A stretch of 64,000 nucleotides of DNA from Elusimicrobiota bacterium (GTDB lineage Bacteria > Elusimicrobiota > Elusimicrobia > UBA1565): the NCBI GenBank assembly GCA_043827405.1, contig JBDRPD010000068.1:1-64000 (forward strand), written 5' to 3'. The notes beneath the pieces were generated by a model. The model did no database searches. It saw only the letters and a list, made by a program, of their open reading frames with translations, and had not been told where the DNA came from. The translations under genes and the position numbers were made by a program. Below, piece by piece: positions 1 through 12,000 of the stretch (within the stretch, counting starts at the first letter, position 1; each line of letters starts with the position of its first letter).

Positions 1-1
1 G

Positions 2-3000
2 TATGCGGCGCTGTACGCGGCCGGAAGCGGCGCGCCGCTGCCCTTCCATGCCGCGGGAATCGGCCTGCATATCCTCAACGCTTTGCTGGTCCTATGGCTG
101 ATCACGGCCTTGTTCCGGTCCCGGACGACCGGCTTTATTACCGCTCTTGTCTTTCTGCTGCATCCTGCCCAGGTCGAGTCGGTAGCCTGGATAAGCGCCC
201 TAGCCAACCCCTTGTTCCTGACGACTTATCTGCTGGCGGCGCTGTTTTTCCTGCGGGCGCTCGATACCGGCAGCAAGACCTACTACCCGCTTTCGGCCTT
301 CTGCTTCGTTCTCTCTCTGCTCAGCAAAGAGATGGCGGTCACTCTCCCCATGCTCATGGCTGTGATCGTCATGCTGCGCCGGAGAGACGGGCAGAAGGCC
401 GCCTATTTGCCGGTTGCATTGTATGGCGCCGGAGCTGGCGGCTTCGCCGTCCTGCGCTCGCTGGTTCTCGGACAGACGGCGCAGACCGGCTACTGGGCGG
501 GGAGCTTCTACTTCCAGGCGCTGACCATGCTCAAGGGCTTCGCCTACTACGTGAAGCTGGCGCTGGCGCCCTATCCGCTGAGCCTCGAATACCTATGGCC
601 CGCCAAGCAGGGCTTGGACGCCGAGACGGCGTTCTACGCGCTGCTCCTCGGCAGCCTGTTGGCGCTCGGGGTCAAATTGCTGCGCCGGGCTCCGAAGGCC
701 GGGGTCGGCATCCTGCTCTTTGCCGGGGCGCTGGCGCCGGTGTCGAACCTGATCCCCCTGACCACCATCATCAATGAGCGTTTCATGTATCTCTCGCTTA
801 TCGGCTGGGGTCTGATAGTCAGCGAAATCCTCGAGCATTCGGGGCGCGCACGCGCGGCCGCGTTAGTCGCCGTCTGCTTGGCCTATGCCGGCATCACCAT
901 TGACCGCAATCGCGACTGGCGCGATGCCGAGTCGCTGGTGACCGCCAGCCTCAAGACCTGTCCCCAGTCCTCGCGGCTGCATGCGGCGCTGGGCAAGGTG
1001 CGGGTGGCGGAACGGGACTGGGATGGTGCGGCAGCCGCTTACCGGCAGGCGCTGGCGATCGAGGTGCTGGGCGACGCCGAGCGCGGCGCCGTGCATGCTG
1101 TTGAGCCGTGGGCCGCGGGGCTGTTGACGCGCGCGGCGGATTATCGCCGGGTAGTGCAGGTGCGGGTGGATCGCGGCGAGACTTACTTTCAGCTTGGTAC
1201 CATTCATATCCACCGCGGCGACTATGCGAAGGCCGAGGGCTATTTGGAGCTGGCCTTGAAGCATCGTCCGACGGACGCCAAGGTCATGCACAATATTGCG
1301 GTTGCCCGTGAGCTCGCCGCCGAAGAGTTTATGCCCCGGCTGCGCCGTGAGTACCCCGGCCTGGAATCCACCTGGAGCAAGCTCGCAGCGCTCAATTATG
1401 AGAGATCGGGAAGGAGCATCCTTCCCGGATCTGCCGCGCAGGGCCGCAATCCGCAGGAGCGGGAAGCGCTGCGGGCGCTGGCCGCGCGCGGTGCTCCGGC
1501 CTTTCCCAATACCTTCGGACGCGCCTATACGGTGCGTGCCGGTGATGCCGCGGTGGAAGTGCGGCATGCGCAGGGACGCGGGGTTACGGCGCAGGTCGGC
1601 GGCGGCGCCATCCAGTATCCGGAGGCGTATCCGGAGACCACGGTCTTTATCGCCGCCGGCGAAGGCGGCATCGAGGAGTTTTACTACCTGAAGTCGCCGC
1701 GGGCGCCCAAGACTTTCACGCAGGAACTGACGCCGCGGGGACGGATCAAGTCCTTCCGGCTGGATCCCGCGGGACGCCTCGAAGCCGTCGACGCCGCCGA
1801 CCGGACGGTCTTCCAGCTTTCCCGGCCGGTGGTGTTCGATGCCGCCGGCAAGCGCCGGCAGGGGCGCTTCGAGCTCAAGCGCGGCAAACGGACATCGCTC
1901 GCCATGAAGATCGACGATCGCGGCCTGCGCTATCCGCTGCTGATCGATCCGGCGTGGACCACGGCGGGCGCATCGAATATGAACTCTGTCCGTCAGGCAG
2001 CCACGGCGACTTTGCTTCCCAACGGCACCGTGCTGGTCGCCGGCGGCATGGACGGCGGTCCGACTCCTATCGGTACGGCTGAAATCTACGACCCGTTCGC
2101 CGGCACCTGGCGCACTACGGGGAACATGGCTACCGCGCGCGTCAATCACGGCGCGGTGCTGCTGCCCAGCGGAAAGGTCCTGGTCTTCGGCGGACAGGAT
2201 CAGGTATATGCCGTTCTCTCCTCGAGCGAGCTCTACGATCCCGACAGCGGAACCTTCAGCAGCGCCGGCAGCATGACGACCGCCCGGGTTATTCCGAGCG
2301 CGGTCCTGCTGCAGGACGGGCGGGTGCTGGTCGCGGGCGGTTGGAACGCCGGGACGCTGTCGACGGCAGAGGTCTACGTCGCCAGCGATACACCGAAATG
2401 GCAGTCGACGGCGCCGATGGGGAGCATGCGCTACGACCATACGCTGACCTCGCTGCCGGACGGTACGGTGCTGGCGGCGGGGGGCGAGGACGGCGGCGGC
2501 AATACCGTCAACACTGCGGAGGTTTACAGCCCGTTCCTGAATAACTGGAATCCGGCCCTCAACACTATGTCGGCGGCGGTACGCAGCCACGCCGCGACCT
2601 TGGCGCCCAACGGCAAGGTCGTGATCACCGGCGGCCGCATCCAGCCGGCCGGTACCGATCGGAATACCTGCGACCTGTTCGACCCGAGCACGCAGCTCTT
2701 CGCGCCTTGCGGCGGGAACATGACGCGCACGCATTCGACCCATTCCTCCGTCCTGCTGCCGAACGGCAGGATACTCATCGCGGGAGGAGACAGCGGCGAC
2801 GGCGGCGGTTCCGCGTCGCAGATCTACGATCCGGTCGGCGATTCCTGGGCGCTTGAGGTCAACCTGAGCAACGGCGCGCGCACCAGCGCGGTGTCGGTCC
2901 TGCTGCCCAGCGGCAAGGTGCTGATCGCCGGCGGCACGGGAAACGCCACCACCGACCTCTATGATCCGGATACCGGTTCTTGGGTCGGCGCAGGGAACTT

Positions 3001-6000
3001 TACCGACAACGCCCGCTACGACCATTCGGCGACCTTGCTGCCCAACGGCAAGGTGCTGATCGCCGGCGGCTATAACGGCGCGAACCCCGTCAACAAGTGC
3101 CAGCTCTATACGCCCGGCGGGGGCTGGGCCTCTACCGGCAATTTAAACACCGCGCGCGACCACCATACCGCGACCTTGCTGGTCGACGGCACGGTGCTGG
3201 TGGCCGGCGGCTTCGGCGCCGGCAATACGATCCTATCCTCGGTCGAGATCTACGACCCGGGCAGCGGCACCTGGGCGCCGGCCGACCCCATGAGCACCTC
3301 GCGCGCCTATCATACGGCGACATTGCTGGCCAATGGTGAGGTCCTGGTCGTCGGCGGCGTCGCCATTTTCGGCCCCAATCCTTCCCTGGAGACCGCGGAG
3401 ATATATGCCGGCGGCGGCTGGCGGCCGACGGCGTCGCTCATGGCGGCGTCGAAGCGTCAGCAGCATACCGCGACCCTGCTGACGGACGGCACCGTGCTGG
3501 TGGCCGGCGGCCTGGAGAACCAGTTCTTCTCGATATACAACGACGCCTTCATATTCGATCCCGACAGCGAAAGCTGGAGTTCCGCTCCGGGCATATTGAC
3601 GGCGCGCTACGGCCACAGCGCCACTTTGCTGCCGGACGGCCGGGTGCTCGTCTTCGGCGGCGAGAACACGCCGGTCAACGACACTGACATCTACACTCCC
3701 GGGGTGGCCTGGACCTCGTATAACTGGGGTACCGAGCGCCGCGGCCATACCGCGACCCTCCTTCCCGACGGCAAGCTCGCCGTCATCGGCGGCAACTTCT
3801 CCGGCCCGACCTTGAACGATGTGTCCGTCTACGCGCCCGGGACCAGCGTTTGGACCACCATGCCGACCTTGACGGCGAACCGCGAGTACCATACGGCGAC
3901 CTTGCTGCCCAACGGCAGAATCCTGGTCGCGGGCGGCTTCGGCGGCGCCGCCGCCCTGAGCTCGACCGAGCTCGCGCTCTATACCGAGTACGATCATGCC
4001 GCGGCCGGCGTCGACCATATGCGGCCGGTGATTGACGAGATCGCCGGCAATGCCTCGTTCCCGGTCTGGCTGACCACGGGGACTTATGTGATCACCGGCT
4101 CGACCTTCACCGGCGGCAGCGCCGCCGACAGCGGCCACCAGCACGACTCGCCGGGCGGCCATCCCCGCCTCCTGCTGATGCCGATGGGCGCCGACGGCTC
4201 CAACCATCGGGGCGGCGGCGGCCGCTTCATCGACCTGACGCACCGCATCTACGGCACCGCCGAAGAGACGTACTACAAAAACGGCCAGGCCGACGATACG
4301 CTGAAGTTCACGATCGACCCCAGCAGCATCGCCTGCGGCTACTACCAACTGCGGGTGATCGCCAATGCCGCGCCTTCCGACGCCAGGATCGTGCGCATCA
4401 CCGATCCCGTCATCGACGGCGCGCCGGGTTCCATCTCGCCGCCGTACGCGCAGGTGCGGACGACGACGGCGGCCGTCGACTGGGGGCTGCTCGCCGTGAC
4501 GCCCGACTACTACCGCCTGCATGCCTCGACGGCGGCGGACTATACGGGAGCCTGGGACGTGATCACCGGTACGGACTCGGCGGCTTCGTCGGGCGACCTC
4601 GAAGGGCTTTATCCGAACACGACCTATTACTTCCGCGTCGCCGGGGTGAACTGCGCCGGCACCGGCCCCTACTACGAGCCGGCCTCGACCTCGACCTTGG
4701 CCAATCGGGTCCGCGGGGTGGAGATGAAGGGCGTCTTCCTCACCAGCGCTACTTTTACCTGGCAGAAGCTGCCGACGGCGGCGCAGGAAGGCTCCACGAG
4801 CACCGCCGAAGGCTATATCCTGCAGGCTTCGGACGCCGAAGACTTCAGCACGACCATCTACTCAGCGCAGACGCCGCTGATCGGCTTGAGCACGCTGACC
4901 GTGACGGGCCTCAATGCCGGCACGACCTATTACTTCCGCGTGGGATCGCTCAACTGGAACAGCGTCGGCAACTTCGCCTCGACGATCGCGGCGCGGACCG
5001 ACGGCTGGTATGAGGAGTTTGTAACTGGGGAAACGGACCAGAGTATGGGCGCTGCCTGGGGCGATCTCGATAATGACGGCGATCTGGACTTTGTCGCGGT
5101 CAATCAAGGAACGTTCGTTCAGGTCTATCGCAATGATGGCGGCGGCAGCTTCAGCCTGCCTTGGGACAGCAACGCCGAGGGGGCAAAGTCCAACTACGCT
5201 GTTTCACTCGGTGATTACGATAACGATGGAGACCTCGACATCGCGATCGGGCGAGCTAATGAAGCTAACGTCGTTTTCCGCAACAACGGGAACTTCAACT
5301 TCGGATCCGCTCCGGTATGGTCGAGCAGCGAAGCTGACGACACAGAGGGAATCGCTTGGGGAGACTACAATAACGATGGCTACTTAGATCTCCTTGCCGC
5401 GAACCTTACGGCTAACCGTGTATACCGCAACAACGGCGACGGGACCTTTACCTTGGTCTGGACCGACTCCGAGTCGGAGAACACGAACGATGCCGCATGG
5501 GCGGACTACGACGGGGACGGGGACTTGGACTTCGCTGTCGCGTGCGAAGATTGTGCCAGTCGCGTCTACCGCAACGACGGCGCCGACACGTTTACCCCGG
5601 TCTGGAACGACGGCAGCCCGGGCGGTGCCGGGCGCAGCCCTGCTTGGGGGGACGTCGACAACGACGGGCGGCTCGATCTGGCCTTCGGATACAGAAGCGC
5701 GGCCAATCGCGTCTTCCGTCAGAACGGGACGGATAGCTTCGGCGAGATATGGAACGATGGTAGGAGTGACGATTCGGTCAGTGTCGCCTTAGGTGATTTT
5801 AACAACGACGGCCTGCTTGATTTGGCGTCCGGGAATTATGCTGAAGCGAACCGCATCTATGTCAACAACGGGGATCAGAGTTTTTCATCGATTTGGTTTA
5901 GCGCAGTCGCCAATAATACCGAGTCGATCGCCTGGGGGGACTATAATGGGGATGGCGGGCTCGATCTGCTGGCTTCGAATAGGTCGCAGTCGAATCGCGT

Positions 6001-9000
6001 CTACCGCGGTTCCTTCTCCGTCGTCAATACCTCGCCGACCGCGCCCGGCGGCATCGCCGCGGTCTTCGACGGCGACATCATGCAGAGCACCTTGACCATC
6101 AAGTGGGACGCCTCCGACTATGACGCCAACGGCTCGACCGAGAGCGTCTACTACGCGGTGGCTTTGACGACAATACCGATGATGCTGTCACCCGACAATC
6201 GCCGCATCCTCAAGCCGGCGGCCGGCAATGTCTCATCCTTCACGATTTCCGGCGTCGAGGCTTCGCCGCTGCTGGGTAAATACCTGCGTCCGGCCTACCA
6301 GGTATGGCCGGGCGACGCCGTGCCCAAGCACGGCGTCATGATCAGCACGACGCCCAACCTGCCCAATGGATGGCTGCTATCGGAGACTACCTACTACGTG
6401 CGGATCCAGGCCATCGACGCCGGGCTCGCCCGCAGCACCTGGAGCCGCGAAGTGGAGTTCCGGACCGGCAAGATCTGCGGTACGATGACGAGCCTGCAGA
6501 GCGGCGACTGGTCCGATCATGATACCTGGGTCGGCAGCGGCGATATGGTCCCCAACGACTGCACCGAGGTGACGATCGCCGGCGGTCATACTGTAGTTGT
6601 GGACACACAGTCCGCCGTCGCCAGCACCACGACGATCGAGGGCACGCTTAAGTTCAGCCGGGTGACGCACAGCACGCTGACTATCGTCGGCGGCGACATT
6701 ACCGTCGAGCCGGGCGGCCATTTGGACATGGGCACCGGCGACGATTCAATAGATGCTTCTTCCGCCTCGCTCGTTCTCGCCTACGGCAGCGTTGCCGGCG
6801 AGTTTGGCCTTATCATTAAAGACGGCGGCGACTTTACTGTGTTCGGCGCGACGCGGACTTCGGTAGCGGACCTGGGAGGAATCTTTATCAACCCATGGTC
6901 CACTAACTTCCAAGTAGGGGTAGCGAGCTCCACGGGCTGGAAGCCCGGCGATATGATCGTTCTGGGGCCGACTTCGGGCTTCGGCCAAGCGGTCGCGACT
7001 TCGCATACCATTACCAATGTCGGTCCAGGCGACCCGCGTATGATCATGTTTGAGCCGAATACGGGACCACAAATCCGTGTCGGCTACTCTACCAAGCCCG
7101 TCATCGCCGCCAATATTAGCCGCAATGTCATCATCCGCTCGTCGGGAACGGACACCACCGCCAACAGCGCCTACGTGGAAAGCCTGGTCAGCAATACTAC
7201 GAGCTTCAGCGTCTTCTACGGCGAGTTCGCCTATCTCGGCGCCGAGGGCGATCCGACCTGGGGCATCAAGCTGCAGAACGGCTCGCAGGCGCAGATCTCG
7301 AGCTCATCTATTCGCAACTGCCGCTACGGCCTCTATGCCAACAACGTCGACAATCTAACCTTTACCGACAATGTGGCTTACGGCAATGCGGCCAATGGCT
7401 TCACCTTGTATGGGGGCAATAATAATATCTACCGCGGTAATGTCGCCGCCGGCAATGACTCGGTTGGCTTCTATATCGGCGGCAGTTTCACCGAGAACGT
7501 ATTCGAGAAGAACTACAGCTTTGCAAACAACCTACACGGCTTCTACCTTGATTCAGGCGGCTCAATCGGCAACCTGCTGCAGGATAACCTGTCCTTCGGC
7601 AACGGCCAGCACGGCTTTACCCTGAACTATGCGGACCGCAACATTTTACTGAACAACCACGTCTACGAGAACGACGGAACGGGCTTTTATGTGAGCAACG
7701 AGTCGGACCTCAATACCTTCCAAGGGAATAGTGTTTCCGCGAATAAGTCCGCCAACGGCCTGGGCTTCCGCATCGACAACTCCTGGGCCAATCTCCTGGT
7801 GGATAACCAGATCTATATGAACGAGAGCACCGGCGTCTATATCCTCAATGGGGCGAGCGGCACCGTGATTTCTTCCGGCAGCGTCTACGGAAACGGCGGC
7901 TACGGCTATGCGCTGAAGAATTCCGTCGGCAACCAGATAGTGAACGGCTCGGTCGGCTTGCCGCAGTCGAATGCCGCCGGCGTCCTCTACATAGATCCGG
8001 ATGCCAATCCTGAGACCCTGGTCGCCAAGGCAGTCAAGAGCGACGACGGACCGCTCTCCACTGCGGCATTCAACAACTCCGGGACTTACCTCATAACCTA
8101 TGACGTCGATGCGAGCTCGAGCTCGGTGGGCTTTAACGGCGAGTACACGATCTCGGGCGAGACCTGGAACATCGATTACAATCAGCGGCTCTACGCCTCG
8201 ACGGCGACGACGCCCAGGCTGATGCGGGGTTCGGGCCACAGCGCGGCGATCTGCGCGCTAAGCGATACGAACGCCGTTACCCAGTACGTCTACGCGGCAT
8301 ACAACGGCGCCAACTGGGACCTCTACGGCTCGCAGGACGGCTTTATGGGCAGCGTCGCCGGGGGGCTGTGCCTGGACCCGGGGGCCGGTCAGTTTTCGAT
8401 CGATATCACCGAAGCCGCCCCGGCGCCGGGCGACCGGATCGACTTCCTGATGCAGGCGGCTTCCGGCGATGTGAACAGGGACAAGAGCCTGTGGATCGGC
8501 CCCTCGGCGGCAGGCTACAACCAGGGACGTTCGAAGCTGGTGGTGGCGCCCGACGGCGGCATCGTCTTCCGCGGCAATTCGAGCACCTATACCATCATCA
8601 ATTGGATGGATAACAATACGACATACTACAGCTTGGTCTCCTCGGGCGCCTTCACCGCGGAGTACACCTCCTTCACTAATTTGGACCATAACGGCCTGCA
8701 GCTTTCGGGCAATCAGGGAGTCGTGCTCTCAACGGTGAGTTTTGACCGCCTCGGTTTCTGGGACGGCGTCAACAGCGGCACCAATACCTACATCACCCTG
8801 CGCGACCTGACCGCGGCCGCGACCTTCTACGGCGTGCAGTTCGGCATGAGCCGCTCCTCCACCGGCTTCGACAGCGCCTACAATGTTCGGGTGGAAGCGC
8901 CGCATGACAACCTCGACGTCTATTTCGCCGGCGTAGCGACCAATTCCGGCGTTTACTGGGGGGAGGGCTACGAGGATGATGCGAACGGCCGGGTCACGTG

Positions 9001-12000
9001 GAACGATCTCATCTGCATGCCGCATGTGTCTAATCAGAGCGGGAACTGGACCGACCCGCTGACCTGGGACCCGCCGTATGTCCCGCAGGCCTGCACGACG
9101 GTGACGATCATGACCGGCGATACCGTGACGGTCGACACCACTACCGCAACGGCCAGTACGACGACGATCGCCGGGACTTTGCGCTTCAGCCGCGTGGCCG
9201 CGAGCACTTTGACCATGGTCGGCGGCGACCTTACGGTCGCTAACGGCGGACACCTGGACATGGGAATGGGCGGCGACCAGATAGCGACCACCTCGGCGAC
9301 TCTGGTGCTGGCCTACGGCCAGGCCGCGGGTCAGTTCGGCCTAATCGTCGAAAACGGAGGCCGCTTCACCGTTTTCGGCGCGACTAAAGTGCCCGCATAT
9401 ACTCCGTCCAGCAGCCAAATCCCGACCGGCAGCAACTACATGACGATCAACGTGCCCGGTCTGACCGGGTGGAAGACCGGCGACATCATCGCCATCGCTC
9501 CGACCTCGGGCAGCGGCCCGGCGGCTATCGCCACCCATACGATTACGCAGCTCGGTACGCCGGCGCCAAACGATATGTTCTTCACGCCGGGGGTGGGAGC
9601 GACGCGCGTGAATACGTCTACGGCGCCGATCATCGTCACCAACCTCAGCCGCACGGTTCTGATCCGCTCCTCCGGCACCGATACTGGCGCCAATACCGCC
9701 TACATCCGCAATCTCTCGGAGACGGCCGGCGACTTCTACGCCTACTACGGTGAGTTCGCTTATCTTGGGGCAAGCGCCTCCGGCAAGTACGGAATAACCT
9801 TTAACGGCGGTCCCGTTAAAGGCGGCATTTCCAGTTCGACGATCCGCGACGGCTATCACGGCATCTACCTGTTCTCGGCCGACGGCAATACGTTTACGGA
9901 CAACCTGATTTACAACAGCGCGGCTATCGGCCTGTACGGCGCCTCATCCTCTAATAATGCGATCGCCAATAACCATATTTTGGGCGGCGATAGTTATGGG
10001 ACGTACCTGACGCAGTCGGACGGCAATACGCTGTCCGGCAATATGGTTTACGCCAACGGGAATTCCGGCATCTATCTGCTCGACTCCGACGATAACGGCA
10101 TCGCCGGCGGCCGGCTATTCGCCAACAGCGGCAGCGGGCTGTATTCATCCTACTCCGCTAATAACGATTTCGACTCTGTCGCGGCATACGGCAACACCGC
10201 CAATGGCGTTATGCTCAACGGCGCTTCCAGCCATACGGTTACTGCCGGTAGTTTTTACGGCAACAACTTCTACGGCATTTACGCCGGCGGCGGCTCCAAC
10301 TATAACCGCGTGCAGGACAACGAAGCCTTCGCCAACAACAGCGGTCTCGTATTTTCCGCCGCCGCCGACAATGTCGTGTCGTCGAACGTTTTCCGCGGCA
10401 ACGCCGATCGCGGCATATGGCTGGACGGCTCGGACAACAACGTCTTCGCCCACAGCATCTCCTCGGGCAACAGCGGCTACGCCGTCTACCTGGAGAACGC
10501 TTCCGACGGCAATTTCTTCATCGAGGGCCACTACTACTCCAACCCCGGCGGCGTCTATACCTCCAACTCGTCAAGCAATGTCTTCGCCGGCGGCGCCCTC
10601 GGCTACAGCGAGACCGGCGCGGATAGGTGGAACTCTCCGTCCGGCGAGGTCGACTTCGACGCCGCCGCCGGCAAGAAGGACAAGCTAACCCTCAAGGATG
10701 TGCGGGTTAACAGCATGATGGGTATAAGTTCGTGGGGCTTAAACGAGTCCGGCGAGTCCTTGCTGTCCTACGACCAGGACGACGCCACCGGCACACTGCG
10801 TCTGTACGGCGACTATGAGCTCTTGGGAAGCACCTGGACCTTCGATACCTCGCTCAACCTCTATGCCGCAACGCATACCGCGGCCCGGCTGATGCGGGGC
10901 AGCGGTCATCAGATATACAACATCGCGCCCCAGGATATTGGGGCCGTCAATGAGGTGATCAGCGTCGAATGGATGGGGACCGACTGGCGGGTCGAGGGTT
11001 CCGCCTCAGGCGTGCTTGACGGCGGATTCTGGTGCCCGGCCGGAAACACCTGCGGCTTCACCGATCCGGTCGTCGACTTCACCCTGAATCCCGCCGGCGT
11101 GATCAACGTCGGCGATCGCTTCGATTTCGCGCTGATCGCGGCCTCCAAGGACGCCGGCTTCCAGAAGCGCCTGCTTTTTGCCAATGCCAGCTGGCAGGCC
11201 GGCGCCTTCAACGAGGGCAAGTCGCGGCTGGTGGTCGCTCCCGACGGCGGCATCGTCTTCAAGGGGGCGGCCGGCAGCCATGCCATCATGGACCGGCTCA
11301 ATGCCGCGTCGACCTACTACACCTTCGTCGATTCCGGAGCCTTCACCGCCGCCTTCTCTTCCTTTACCAATATGGACTACTCAGGCCTTCAGCTGTCCGG
11401 CGACAAGGGGATAGCGATCTCGAGCACGGTCTTCGACTACCTGGGTTTCGCCACGGCCACCAACGCCTACATCACGGTGCGCGACCTTGATTCGGCGGTT
11501 ACAATCGACAGCGTGACCTTCGCCTTGTCGCGCGGCCTGCCGGGAGGCACCAACGCCTCTTACAATATTCGGGTCGAAGGCGACGACTCAAACCTCGCGT
11601 GGACCATTACCACCCAGAACCTCGGCCCGCTTTGGGGCGACACCTATGACGACGACGCCGGACGGCGCGTCGCCTGGCGGCACTGCAATGGCGTTGTAAG
11701 CTCCCAGAACGGCGACTGGTCCGATCCGACTATGTGGGACGGCGGTTTTGTGCCGACCGTCTGCAATGCCGTTACAATCGCCGGCGGTCATGCGGTCGTC
11801 GTCGACGAAATGGGCGCGATCGCGAAAGGTCTCGCCATCGACGGCACGCTGAGCGCGAGCCGAGCGGTAAGCAGCAGTCTGACGATCACTGCCGGCGACC
11901 TCAACCTCAGCCCCGGCGGTACGCTCGACTACGGCACTGAGGCCTCGCCGGTCCCGACGGGCGTTGACGCTCATGTCGTGCTGGCTTACGGCTCCAGCGC

